Source of the DNA: Candidatus Scatovivens sp.
Lineage (GTDB): Bacteria > Bacillota > Clostridia > TANB77 > CAG-508
Assembly: GCA_045646345.1 (NCBI GenBank)
Contig: JAZRKN010000011.1
Location: 94,801-158,800 of the forward strand
Direction: 5' to 3'
DNA: 64,000 bases
Below the pieces are notes generated by a model, which was given only the letters and a program-made list of their open reading frames with translations, had not been told where the DNA came from and searched no databases. The position numbers were made by a program, and so were the translations under genes. Numbering within the stretch: position 1 is the stretch's first letter; each line of letters opens with the position of its first letter. Below are positions 20,401-29,381 of the stretch, piece by piece.

Positions 20401-23114
20401 ATTTATTTGATAAATTAGTAGAAGCTAAAAAAGATATTACTACAGTTTTAGATGCAGATGAAATGGAAGTAGAATTAACATATAGAATAGTTCTATACAA
20501 CGAATCTGGAACTTATACAGAAGTGGTAAAATCTTTAGTAGATTATTATGATGCATCATTTGACATCAATGATGTAAATGAAATTGTAATAACAGATAAA
20601 GCAAAAGATGGAAATGTTATCTCATGTGTAAAAAAAGACGGAGATAAAGGAATTGTATCTATAAGAAAATACAAAGAAAATCCATCAGATTCAGAATATA
20701 AACAAGATAAACAAACATTTAATGCACTTGTTATTGATGACTTAAATATTGAACTTGCAAGTGGTGAATTTAAAGAATTGTTTATGACTGTAAAAGTTGA
20801 TAAAGCTACAATAAAAGGTGTTCATGACACAATTATTGCTAGTAGAAAATCAAATATTGCAGAAATCGGAAGTTACACAACGAAATATGCTGATGGAACT
20901 TTAGCTGGTAAGATAGATAAAGATTCAGCACCAGACAATGCTAATATAAGAGATTATAATTACAATGGATGGTATGAAGACGATACAGATTCAGCTCCAG
21001 TATTATACTTAACTGTTGCAGAACAATTAAGAACTGTTACTGGTCAAGTATGGGAAGATAAAGCTGAAGCTGATACAACAGTTGGAAACGGAATTATAGA
21101 TTCAGATGAGGCTATAATTAATGGTTTAACAACACAACTTGTTGAAAAAATCACAGTTAAAGAAACATTAGAAGATGGAACAAGTGTAGAAAGAGATTAT
21201 GACTTTATTTGGCCAACAAATAAAGGTTTAAACAGCTTAGGTGGAAAATCAATTAAAGATGTAACTGGATTTGACAGTACAATTGAATCAGCTCCATTTA
21301 CAGATGAAACTACTGGAGATGTAACTCAAGGTGCTTACAAATTTGAAGGAATTCCAAGTGGTAAGTATGTAGTAAGATTCTTATATGGAAATGATAAAAC
21401 AGAATTAGATGATAAATTAGATATAACAGCTGATCCAGTAGCTGTAGATGCTTCAGGAAATAGTTTCTCTGGAACAGAAAACATATTAACTGCTAACTAT
21501 GATAATGACTTAGAAGGTGAAACAGCAGCAGTTTATAATGGTCAAGATTACAAAGCAACTGTTTACCAAAAAGGATTTGCTACAGTAGATGGAAATGGAT
21601 ATATCAATAATAGATATCATAACTTAGAAGATCAAGCGTTAGCTGATGCAAGAGTATCAGATGCTAGAGATAGCGAAGCTAGAAGATTAGAAATTACTGC
21701 TAAGTCTGAAACAATTACTAATACAAATGGTAATATCTTAGCTACAGCAAATGACAAAGCAGCAGATCATTCAAAACTATATAAAGAATATTATATGTTT
21801 GCTGATACAGCTATATTAGACTTAGATCTAGACAATCCAGCAGAAGGCGTAATCACTGTAAATAATATTGATTGTGGTTTAATTGAAAGACCAGAAACAG
21901 GAATAATATTAGACAAACAAATAAGCTCAATCAAATTAATTACAAATGACCAAAGAGTAATCTTTAATGCTGATTATGACATTTCTTATGAAGTAACAAA
22001 TAGAAAAGATGGAACAATAATTTCTGAAGTAGAAGATGGAAAATATTTAGTAGCAAATGTAACATTAAAAGAATCTTCAATCGGAACAGACGTAATGCAA
22101 GCATTAAATAAATTTGAAAATAAATTACCTGGAGAGGATAATCAAGGAATTCAAAACTTCAGATTTATAAATGTTGATGATACAATATTACATGGTGCTA
22201 CAGTAGAACTTAACTATCAAATGACTGCATTAAACATGAGTGAAGTTGATTATACAAGTGATTTCGTAAATAAAATTTTCGAAGAAGAAATTGCAGCTGA
22301 CTCAAATGAAAGATTAGAATTAGTTAAATTAGCTAAAGAAGCTAAAGAAAATATTTCTAGATCTGATGTAGCATTAGAAGTTGGTAAATATTTAGGAACA
22401 TCATATTACACTGGAAATATTGGAAACGATAAAGTAGTTACAACAAGAGTTCGTCAAGTTGTTGATTATGTTGATAATGATGCAGTATTTGCAGCTCAAT
22501 ATAATAATACAAAAGATCATATGTGGAGACCAACTAATATAACAGAACTTTCAGGAAATGGATATGATTTTGATAGAATATTAGATAGAGCCGTATTACC
22601 AGCATATAGTATAATGGATAAACACGGAAGAGAATACATAGCTGATGGAAAAACAAACATTATATTAAGTGTTGATACTGTGGGAACATTAGAAACAACA
22701 AGTGATAACTCAGGATTTGAAAATACATTAGAACCATATGCGTACTACTTAGCTAATAAAGATGTAGATGCAGAAGCTGCATTTAAATCACAAATTGCTT
22801 TAATGGTATCAAAAACAGTATCTGCCCAAGATAAAGACTTAACATATGATAACTTAGCAGAAATTGTTAAAGTACAAAATACTGCAGGTAGAAGAGATGT
22901 GTTATCAATACCAGGTAATGCAAATCCAAAACTTGGTGAGTTTACAGCATCAATTCAAGAAAGAGATGCTAGTGCTACAGAACTTGTAACATTTACTCCA
23001 CCAACAGGTATTAAAGCAGAAACACCTATGACTACTCAAGTATTAATCGTTACACTAGTTGCTCTAGTAATAGTTGCAGTTGGTATCGTAATTATTAAGA
23101 AAAAAGTATTATAG
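14445..23114 (+). CDS. Giant cell-surface adhesin-like protein with 8 tandem Ig-like repeats, SdrD-B-like domains and a sorting-like signal
   Basis: Signal peptide; repeated W-x-G-x2-AP-x-Y-x-V-x-E units; GGTVWVD and TGQVWED SdrD-B-like starts; C-terminal PPTG + TM + KKKVL. Start ATG 14445 follows GGGGGTG. Confidence 0.85.
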   Translation: MNMTKKLSIVFLIVISILSTAFLYKSNAVQEYSGAFGDENRGFVYYERESHVKGEYNNEYNGFEFTTLNEDMRGRLIIESVRQHSYDGGNYIPLSDLYDFYDVLCCQKGTKLPSENETYLVGNSGDRLPLSYPHLTQNDVGMLTPEQEGKFPSSIYKSLTLGFYVPEEEVIAGPKEAYILAEMVKELEGAVFYYDFVTDANGNKVRYEGSLEAAERFYIGDEEIYIVEKEYVVTLPDGENVRVEGVSDGRGGIVYKYKEGHYKNHYEKYEGKLTWSDSKLGSGGTYPSFECTNSSSSVNTGVVRDDSVVAPGTPIYVTGSNIVVKDGDVYYRATIEGNNSYIQLAWWTTVYPESIGNLVADTAFSQEADAFEAYILAAAGGVTREELKYRTEIVIDEKTGEEKEIENAFDIKYEPQWITEEVGDYDYENPVTVFEEDKQSLLVGPFGLDYIEARAQFGGRPEVEFAGITGMELYTDASDEPLELDIDKNDDKKGDWELVYIEGGRTEEESNDEKYPLIYPKSNEPFYIRIFDADNGTQIKNIKVHFRFMNAAGSWQKLNGNYFEATWRTVDEDGNEYHRAWDVYKPEPQYDEEGNFTGYESVYDHTEHRYWLKLHNLLQQPSQALALGIKGAKWYKTTELERKVGINEGKVVVEKELVDAGGKPIESIDDDDKFTFEVTVTGAKNSDTEILKVKAGDSVESQVYYWMDGEEAPTYEVKEIKIPDGYKLVSIENATGKLKPFGKEPVPVKAINEVKPNSGSINVIKVMEPTNMPGTTLVGQTFDFNVKISGTFTYNGEEIINGSKDVPITVTAGTDAGSATPVTVGPVYWYGDEAPTYVVTENKKEGAQLISINPDTGKFVANQEIPTTVTATNKQEIEKASVRIIKTLKGSSEFTREYIESLVFKFALNVDGHEKESIVLNTPTRQDENGDWVWEGVSSEYTWLYGNNPNYTISEVEVPKGTTFNSGESTVSGTLRSNKQENYEVKNNIINNVTDSNSKKIKITKVVEDADLVNKDYKFLVIVKGVAFRYTHTDGTTYNCNSDQMMQIYDGGAVVLDANADYDYEKFITVNAASTDGVNGTGTKETGTFTWYGDKAPNYIVKETLLGQDIASSVEPSEGSLAAGETDTIEVTAWNREIERTRGGYIHIIKTLEDAEKFSIEYIKSLVFKFDIEVEGYNKTTVALEPKLVDNTWVWEYTSERYSWKDGQPAPSYKITEVDLPEGTEFLSATGPEGSTVSGTTVEGKLKESVSQEVLITTDNSFINKVNGPHSDELIIEKKVTHESLNGKEFKFDVTLKGTFEYNGTQYTNTEFVVEDIVVKGGEKSSPIKVTWYGEVAPTYAVTEEDSEIAKQVSIQNGAGSFSYEKEGSQVATFTTVTNEPKLVGGQLIITKNIDNGSVDKAFLFEVKIGNENSPSFTVSLKAGEIYKSDMYKWYISEEAPKYWVREINPNDGSSSNLGYEWQTGQLSSTGDAVVSVDYINTYVDQTGKFKVRKVVLDEKLIDTSKDAEFKIKATVTGTFNITKDDGSVVGVNNGSRTFDITLKGGETFTSPTITWWGNEAPTVTVEEYSIPFGWKNLGISNNGTSLTENEEVEIVVTNKLPVYVVVDLTTKLGGTVWVDRPLDVNDKNTENSTPNGILDRGENSTDIAKEGVEVYVYKVVFDANGNPINDVEPELAKIYKDLNNTELAQPIITDSFGRWDAPRVKIPTVTEEQKANGWRASYDIRFVYDGQTYEPTTYLATAGGDASKFLNETTAGKDKFANDSMALDIDRAIVNSRVETIKGNSPIAGNGETVGTAIASDGTESILNYKSKEISGDAVRIDGEVSKIKSELITTDENGIALDLFKTTATTGSTGLTFPFYKDTQSWNGFVLLNENTTLTEIGVEQAYLFEAVYNYCLNINLGLVERPDADLGAAKDLYSAKVTVKGESDETEYYSYRFNKLSDIDADYYTRQLQEQAVTAEYTLGLYSTDYYYRAEMYNAAKTDLFDKLVEAKKDITTVLDADEMEVELTYRIVLYNESGTYTEVVKSLVDYYDASFDINDVNEIVITDKAKDGNVISCVKKDGDKGIVSIRKYKENPSDSEYKQDKQTFNALVIDDLNIELASGEFKELFMTVKVDKATIKGVHDTIIASRKSNIAEIGSYTTKYADGTLAGKIDKDSAPDNANIRDYNYNGWYEDDTDSAPVLYLTVAEQLRTVTGQVWEDKAEADTTVGNGIIDSDEAIINGLTTQLVEKITVKETLEDGTSVERDYDFIWPTNKGLNSLGGKSIKDVTGFDSTIESAPFTDETTGDVTQGAYKFEGIPSGKYVVRFLYGNDKTELDDKLDITADPVAVDASGNSFSGTENILTANYDNDLEGETAAVYNGQDYKATVYQKGFATVDGNGYINNRYHNLEDQALADARVSDARDSEARRLEITAKSETITNTNGNILATANDKAADHSKLYKEYYMFADTAILDLDLDNPAEGVITVNNIDCGLIERPETGIILDKQISSIKLITNDQRVIFNADYDISYEVTNRKDGTIISEVEDGKYLVANVTLKESSIGTDVMQALNKFENKLPGEDNQGIQNFRFINVDDTILHGATVELNYQMTALNMSEVDYTSDFVNKIFEEEIAADSNERLELVKLAKEAKENISRSDVALEVGKYLGTSYYTGNIGNDKVVTTRVRQVVDYVDNDAVFAAQYNNTKDHMWRPTNITELSGNGYDFDRILDRAVLPAYSIMDKHGREYIADGKTNIILSVDTVGTLETTSDNSGFENTLEPYAYYLANKDVDAEAAFKSQIALMVSKTVSAQDKDLTYDNLAEIVKVQNTAGRRDVLSIPGNANPKLGEFTASIQERDASATELVTFTPPTGIKAETPMTTQVLIVTLVALVIVAVGIVIIKKKVL

Positions 23115-23121
23115 AATAAAT

Positions 23122-23154
23122 AAAAAGGAGTCCTAGAAATAGGACTTCTTTTTT
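23122..23154 (+). terminator. Intrinsic terminator
   Basis: AAAAAGGAGTCCTA-GAAA-TAGGACTTCTTTTTT. Confidence 0.85.
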
Positions 23155-23350
23155 GACATTAAATTGATTTATAGACGTACTTTTAGCAACAATTTGAGAG
23201 AAATACTTGTCTTTTTAGAATAAATGTAATAAAATGAGAAAAAATTATCACAATGTGTAAAAAACTTTTTATATTAATTACATTAATCTGACAAAAAAAT
23301 TAAATCAGTTATGATTAAATAAAAATATAAAAAGTGAGAGGTGGTTAAGG

Positions 23351-25756
23351 ATGTTTCAAAATGTTGCAGATATGGGCAATCATAGCGAAGAATTAGAAAA
23401 AGATTCTAGCAATGTTATGTATAGATTAAAAGAGATTTTCAAATATCAAAATATAATTATATATGTGTTGACTTTTTTGATGTCAACATTGTCTGTTAAA
23501 GGTGAATTTGCGCCTTTTGGGCTTGCAATGATGGCTGCTTGCGTAGGAGAAGCTGTGCCAATAATAGGAGTTTTTATAGTAGCTATTATAGGTACTTTTT
23601 TGGGAAATGGAGTAGCAGCACTTGGTGATTTCATCTTTATTTCAATAGTATATTTTATTCTTGTATTATTATTTAAAGCCAAAGTTGCAGTAGAAGAAAG
23701 AAATGAGTTAATAAAGACAGGTGGAAAATTATTTGGCGCTTCATTAATTGTTTCAATTATAAAAGGTATGTTTACAGTGCTTACAACATATGACGTATTT
23801 ATAGGGATTATAATTGGATCTTTAACATATGTTTTTTATAAAATTTTTGTAAATGGTCTTGCGTTTATTAAAGATTTAAATGTTAAACAAGCTTTTACAA
23901 TTGAAGAATTAATAGCAGGAGTATTAATTGTTTCACTTGCAAGTGTGGCTTTAAATTCAATAAATGTATTTTCATTAAATTTAAGTAATATAATAATAAT
24001 GTTAATGATTATGATCTTGGGGTGGAAACATGGAATGCTTGTTGGTGCAGTAACAGGGGTTTCTGTCGGACTAGGAATTAGTTTTGTGGATTCAACTAGT
24101 TTTGTGCAAATATCTATGTTTGCTATATCTGGAATTTTATCAGGAGCATTAAATAGATTTGGAAAAATAGGGGTTATTTTAGGCTTTATTTTAGGTAATG
24201 CAATTCTTACTTATTGGGTGAGAGGAGCAACAACAATGGTTATTTATTTTAGAGAAATTTTTGTTGCTTCAATTGGACTTTTATTAGTTCCAAGCAAAAT
24301 TAAACTTGATTTAGAAGATTTATTAGGAAAAGATAAATTATTAGATAATAGTGGAGATAGAAGACTAGAAGGAGAGACTGAATTATCTCAAAAGTTAAAA
24401 ACAATCGCTGAAATGTTTAATGATGCCAATGAAAGCTCTAAAGAGTCTGTAATTGTTGTTAAAGAAAATATCACACAAGATTTTTTAGATAATTTAGAAG
24501 ATTTAAAACAAAATATCTTTTATGAAGAAATCGCAAATGAGGAAAATGGCATTGCAAGAGATATATGTTCAAGTTTGATAGAAAATGATATATTACTTGA
24601 CAGAGATTTAATTTCGATTTTAGAAAATCATAATAATTATGTAGTAATGAAAGATTCATCTATAAGAAATGATCTTCAAGAAATAGTAAAAATTGCTAAT
24701 AGAACATTAAAAACATTTCAAATAAATCTTGCTAAAGAGCAAGAAAGAAGAAATACTCTTAAAACATTTAATGAAAGTATAAGAGCGGTAACACAAGTTA
24801 TTGACAAATGTGCTGAAGAGATAAAAGAAAAGACAAGTCCATTTTATAAAAAAGAACAAGAAATACTTATGCTATTAAAAAGTAAAAGTATTAATGTTGA
24901 AGCTTGTAATATAAAATTATTGAAAAATGGAAAATACATTATAGAATTAAAATTAGATGAAAAAGATTTAAGATTAAGAGATAAGGCTATAATGGTAAAT
25001 ATAGGAGATGTAATTTCTAAATCAATAGGAACAAGAGTAACGCTTCAAAGAGAAAGAAATAATGAAGAAGAAAATGAATATTATCAAGTCTATTCAAGTG
25101 AAGATAAATTTGTTCTTCAAGTTGGAAGTTCAAAAATAACTAAAGAAAATAGTAATGTTTCTGGTGATTGTAGCTTACAAATTAAATTAGCAGATGGAAA
25201 ATATTTACTTGCTATTGCAGATGGAATGGGAACTGGAGAAAAAGCAAGAGAATGCAGTAAAATAACATTAAGGTTAATGAAACAAATGCTTTCAGCTGGA
25301 TTTAATAAAGAAGAATCAATAGAGATGATAAATTCAAGAATTAGCCTTTTAGGAACAACAGAAAGATATTCAACATTAGATGCATCTATATTAGATTTAT
25401 ATACAGGAAAACTTGAAATATTAAAAAATGGAGCATGTTTTACTTATATAAAAAATAAGAAAAACATTAGAAAAATAGAATCAACAAATCTTCCAATTGG
25501 AATAGTAGATAAAATAGAAGTAAAATCTGAAACAGTAGATATCAATGATGGAGATATTATTGTTATGTGTACAGATGGAATTGTAGATTCAAAAGAAGAT
25601 GATTCAGAATGGATTGAAGATTTCTTAAAAAATGTATCAACAAACAATGTACAAAAAATAGCAGATTTACTTTTAGCAGAAGCTATAGATAATGGTTATG
25701 GAGTTGTAAGAGATGATATGACTGTTATTGTTAGTAAAATAGTAAAAAGAAAATAA
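23351..25756 (+). CDS. spoIIE: Stage II sporulation protein E (PP2C phosphatase)
   Basis: About 10 N-terminal TMs (APFGLAM), then VSGD, ADGMGTG, TLD, CTDGI and DDMTV PP2C motifs; 801 aa. Confidence 0.92.
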   Translation: MFQNVADMGNHSEELEKDSSNVMYRLKEIFKYQNIIIYVLTFLMSTLSVKGEFAPFGLAMMAACVGEAVPIIGVFIVAIIGTFLGNGVAALGDFIFISIVYFILVLLFKAKVAVEERNELIKTGGKLFGASLIVSIIKGMFTVLTTYDVFIGIIIGSLTYVFYKIFVNGLAFIKDLNVKQAFTIEELIAGVLIVSLASVALNSINVFSLNLSNIIIMLMIMILGWKHGMLVGAVTGVSVGLGISFVDSTSFVQISMFAISGILSGALNRFGKIGVILGFILGNAILTYWVRGATTMVIYFREIFVASIGLLLVPSKIKLDLEDLLGKDKLLDNSGDRRLEGETELSQKLKTIAEMFNDANESSKESVIVVKENITQDFLDNLEDLKQNIFYEEIANEENGIARDICSSLIENDILLDRDLISILENHNNYVVMKDSSIRNDLQEIVKIANRTLKTFQINLAKEQERRNTLKTFNESIRAVTQVIDKCAEEIKEKTSPFYKKEQEILMLLKSKSINVEACNIKLLKNGKYIIELKLDEKDLRLRDKAIMVNIGDVISKSIGTRVTLQRERNNEEENEYYQVYSSEDKFVLQVGSSKITKENSNVSGDCSLQIKLADGKYLLAIADGMGTGEKARECSKITLRLMKQMLSAGFNKEESIEMINSRISLLGTTERYSTLDASILDLYTGKLEILKNGACFTYIKNKKNIRKIESTNLPIGIVDKIEVKSETVDINDGDIIVMCTDGIVDSKEDDSEWIEDFLKNVSTNNVQKIADLLLAEAIDNGYGVVRDDMTVIVSKIVKRK

Positions 25757-25762
25757 AAAATT

Positions 25763-25792
25763 AAGGCCGTTATCGAAGATAGCGGTCTTTTT
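25763..25792. terminator. Intrinsic terminator
   Basis: AAGGCCGTTATC-GAA-GATAGCGGTCTTTTT between convergent genes. Confidence 0.75.
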
Positions 25793-25809
25793 GAATAAAA
25801 AAGAAGAGA

Positions 25810-26946
25810 TTATAAAATCTCTTCAATTAATAATTTACATATTTTTTTAACAGCATTAGGTTTTGCTAATGTTTTTGCTTTTTCTTTCATATTTTCAAGT
25901 TTTTCTTTATTTTTTGAAAGACCTTTTAAAGTTCTTGCGATACTATCACCTTTTTTTAGCCAAATAGCAGCTCCATTTTTTTCTAAGAATTCTGCATTTT
26001 CTTCTTCTTGCCCAGGTATTGGGTTTATGATGATAATAGGTAGGTTTGAAACTAAACATTCTGTTATTGTTAGTCCACCAGCTTTTGTTATAACGGCATT
26101 AGAAATATGCATTAATTCAGGAACTTTATTTGTATATTCTAATAATTTAACTCTAGACTCAGAATTTGTTAATTCGATTAATTCTTGGAATTTTTTGTTC
26201 ATTTTTTTGTTTTTTCCAGAAATCGCAACAACTTGTAAATCTTTAAATAGTCTTATTAGAACTTTTAATACCATAATTGTTGTATTTCTTCCTAAACCAA
26301 ATTCACCACCAGCGAAAAATAGAATAGTTTCTTTTTCTGGAGATAGACCAAATTCTTTGTATGTTTCTTCGTCATTGAAAGAACCTAAGAATTTTTCTGA
26401 AACAGGGATTCCAGTTACAAATATTTTTTGATCATGAATTCCTTCTGCAATCATATCTCTTTTCATCTGTTGATTTGCAACAAAAAAGTAATCTGTATAT
26501 CTATATAAAACAAGCCATTGATCATGGATATGATAATCAGTTAAAATTGTTGCAAGTTTACAATCGATTTTTTCTTTTTCTTTAAGCATTGCACACATTT
26601 GAGTAGCAAATGGGTGAGTAGAAATAATTAAATCTGGTTTTTCTTCTTTTATAAGTAAATTTAATTTGTAAGACATTAATCTATTTGTTGTTGTACTTAT
26701 ATGTGAAATAGGACCGTTTCTAGCACTTTTATAAACATGTTTCCACATCCAAGGGGCTTTTTTGGCTAGTTCCTTATAAGCTTCTGTTGAAACTTTATTT
26801 ACATATTTATTTATATATTCTATACAATCAACCATTACAACATCTATTTCTTCACTGTAATGCTTTTCTATTTCGTTACATATTGTTTTGGCAGCAGAAA
26901 GGTGTCCACCACCATAAGCACCATATAAAATTAGTACTTTTTTCAT
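25810..26946 (-). CDS. MGDG synthase/UgtP-like diacylglycerol glycosyltransferase (GT28)
   Basis: GGGHLSAA, ISTHPF, LTDY, TGIPV, ITKAGGLTITE and PIPGQEEENA motifs. Confidence 0.9.
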   Translation of the reverse strand: MKKVLILYGAYGGGHLSAAKTICNEIEKHYSEEIDVVMVDCIEYINKYVNKVSTEAYKELAKKAPWMWKHVYKSARNGPISHISTTTNRLMSYKLNLLIKEEKPDLIISTHPFATQMCAMLKEKEKIDCKLATILTDYHIHDQWLVLYRYTDYFFVANQQMKRDMIAEGIHDQKIFVTGIPVSEKFLGSFNDEETYKEFGLSPEKETILFFAGGEFGLGRNTTIMVLKVLIRLFKDLQVVAISGKNKKMNKKFQELIELTNSESRVKLLEYTNKVPELMHISNAVITKAGGLTITECLVSNLPIIIINPIPGQEEENAEFLEKNGAAIWLKKGDSIARTLKGLSKNKEKLENMKEKAKTLAKPNAVKKICKLLIEEIL

Positions 26947-27034
26947 AATATTTTCCTTTCAAACTATATAAGTAGTTTTTTAAAATATATTAAATTATAC
27001 CACTTTCCAATAAAAAATACAATAAATTAAAAAA

Positions 27035-27064
27035 GTATATTTATTTTAAAAAATGGAAAAGATA
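27035..27064 (+). promoter_or_regulatory. SigF/SigG-like promoter of ypeB
   Basis: GTATA-15 bp-GGAAAAGATA. Confidence 0.5.
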
Positions 27065-27089
27065 AGAAAAAGTTTAAAAGGAGATTTTT

Positions 27090-28442
27090 ATGAATAGTGA
27101 ATTAAAAAGTAGATGGATGCTTATAAGTATTATTTTATTATTAATGTTGGTTATAGCAACTGGATATTATGCATTTTCATTAAGAGAAAAATATAATATT
27201 CAAAGTAATAATGATTATACTGAAGCGTTTAGTAATCTAGTAAACTATGTAAATAATGTTGAAAGTTATCTTGCAAAAGCAATGATATCAAAAAGTAATG
27301 AGCATGCTACTCAAACATTAACTCAGATTTGGAGAGATTCTAATTTGGCAATTGTGTACTTATCGAGAATTCCATTTGAAGATGAGGGACTTTTACAAAC
27401 CGCAAAATTTTTAAACCAAGTGAGTGATTATTCTTATTCTTTATCAAGAAAAAATATTGATGGTAAGAACTTAGAAAAAGAAGATTTTGATAATTTAAAA
27501 GCGCTTTATAATTACTGTAGTGAATTAGAAAATACATTAAATCAATTATCAGAAGATATTTATAGTGGAAATTTAACTTGGGAAAGTTTAAATAAAGGAG
27601 TAAACACTGAATTTGCCCAAGCAGTAGACAATGTGAATATTTTTGCTAATATTGATGATAACTTAAAAGAGTATGAGGGGCTTATTTACGATGGTGCTTA
27701 TTCTGACCATGTAAATAAACAAGAAAAGAAAGGATTAATAGGGCGTGAAATTGACGAGAATGAGGCAAAAAACGAAGTAAAACAATTTATAGGAGAAGAA
27801 TATATAGATGAAATAAAATCTAATGGATTTATAGATAATGCAGAAATACCATCATATGATTTTTCAGTAAAATTAAAAGATAGAGATGAAGATTATAGTA
27901 TAATGATTTCTAAAAAAGGAGGGCATGTTGTAGAAACATCTTTTGATAGGGAGGTTAAAGAAGAAAAAATTTCTCAAGCAGAAGCAAATGAAATAGGGAA
28001 GGCATATCTTTCAGATAAAGGTTTCAAAAATATGAAGGAAACTTATTTTATAAAACAAGGAAATGTTGTAACTATAAATTATGCATATAACGATGATGGT
28101 ATTGTAATATATCCAGATTTAATAAAAGTAAGAGTAGCTTTAGATAATGGGGAAATACTTGGGATTGAAACAACAGGATATTTAAACTCTCATCATGATA
28201 GAGCATATAAAGAACCTCAGATATCGATAGATGTGGCAAGAGAATCTTTAAATAAAGAGTTAGAAATAAAATCAGAAAATATGGCTATAATTCCAACAGA
28301 ATGGAAAACCGAAATATTTTGTTATGAATTTAAAGGGAGCGTAGAAGGAAAAGACTTTTTGGTTTATATAAATTGTGAGACTGGAAAGGAAGAAGATATT
28401 TTAGTAATTTTAGACACACCAGGTGGAACTTTAACGGTCTAA
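27090..28442 (+). CDS. ypeB: Germination protein YpeB
   Basis: N-terminal TM, KFLNQVSDYSYSL, LIYDGAYSDH, IYPDLIKVRVALDNGEI, and a PepSY-like C-terminus. Confidence 0.92.
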   Translation: MNSELKSRWMLISIILLLMLVIATGYYAFSLREKYNIQSNNDYTEAFSNLVNYVNNVESYLAKAMISKSNEHATQTLTQIWRDSNLAIVYLSRIPFEDEGLLQTAKFLNQVSDYSYSLSRKNIDGKNLEKEDFDNLKALYNYCSELENTLNQLSEDIYSGNLTWESLNKGVNTEFAQAVDNVNIFANIDDNLKEYEGLIYDGAYSDHVNKQEKKGLIGREIDENEAKNEVKQFIGEEYIDEIKSNGFIDNAEIPSYDFSVKLKDRDEDYSIMISKKGGHVVETSFDREVKEEKISQAEANEIGKAYLSDKGFKNMKETYFIKQGNVVTINYAYNDDGIVIYPDLIKVRVALDNGEILGIETTGYLNSHHDRAYKEPQISIDVARESLNKELEIKSENMAIIPTEWKTEIFCYEFKGSVEGKDFLVYINCETGKEEDILVILDTPGGTLTV

Positions 28443-28604
28443 AAATTAATTAAAAAGTGATTTTCTGCCTAAAAAATATTGAAATTGTAATGATATTGTT
28501 ATAATATAATAGCGAGTAACAAAAACTGCTAATTTGAATAAATTATAGTAAGAAAAAATTCCACAAATTGTTACGGATTTGTGGATTACATATAGGAGGA
28601 AAAC

Positions 28605-29372
28605 TTGCAAGTTAGAATAAATGATTGGAACATAAATTATGAAGTAATGGGCGAAGGCAATCCAGTAATTTTATTACATGGTTGGCTTGCTAATTTAGAA
28701 ACAATGAGACCACTAGCAAATAATTTATGCAGAAACTTTAAAGTATATTTGGTTGATATTGTGGGTTTTGGAAAAAGTGATTTACCAGAACATCCACTAA
28801 AAACAGATGACTTTGGTGATTTTTTAAGAGATTTCATAAAAGAATTAAAAATAGAAAATCCAATCTTGATAGGGCATTCAAATGGTGGAAGAACAATTAT
28901 AAATGCGGTAGGAAGAGGAATTGTTTCTCCAAGAAAAGTAGTTTTGATTGATAGCGCAGGGCTAAAACCTAAAAGAAGTTTAGGTTATTACTTGAAAGTT
29001 GGATTTTATAAAACTGGAAAATTTATTCTTAATTTATTGCCAAACACAAAAGGTTTTAAAGAGTTTAAAGAAAAACTTCGTGGAAGTGTAGGATCTGAAG
29101 ATTATAAATTATCAGCGAACGTATTAAAAGAAACTATGAAAATCATACTAAACGAAGATTTATCACATTTATTACCTAATATTAGCGTTCCAACGTTACT
29201 ATTTTGGGGAAGTTTAGATACGGCTACTCCAATAAGTGATGCGAAAAAAATGGAAAAATTAATTCCAGATTGTGGATTAATTGAATATCCAGGTTCAACA
29301 CATTTTTCTTATTTAGAAAATATAAATAATTGTAACGCAGTACTAAATGAATTTTTTAAAAACGATAAATAA
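28605..29372 (+). CDS. Alpha/beta fold hydrolase
   Basis: LHGW, GFGKS, GHSNGG nucleophile elbow, D-TATP and H-FSY motifs; TTG start after AGGAGG. Confidence 0.9.
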   Translation: MQVRINDWNINYEVMGEGNPVILLHGWLANLETMRPLANNLCRNFKVYLVDIVGFGKSDLPEHPLKTDDFGDFLRDFIKELKIENPILIGHSNGGRTIINAVGRGIVSPRKVVLIDSAGLKPKRSLGYYLKVGFYKTGKFILNLLPNTKGFKEFKEKLRGSVGSEDYKLSANVLKETMKIILNEDLSHLLPNISVPTLLFWGSLDTATPISDAKKMEKLIPDCGLIEYPGSTHFSYLENINNCNAVLNEFFKNDK

Positions 29373-29381
29373 AAAGGGGAA

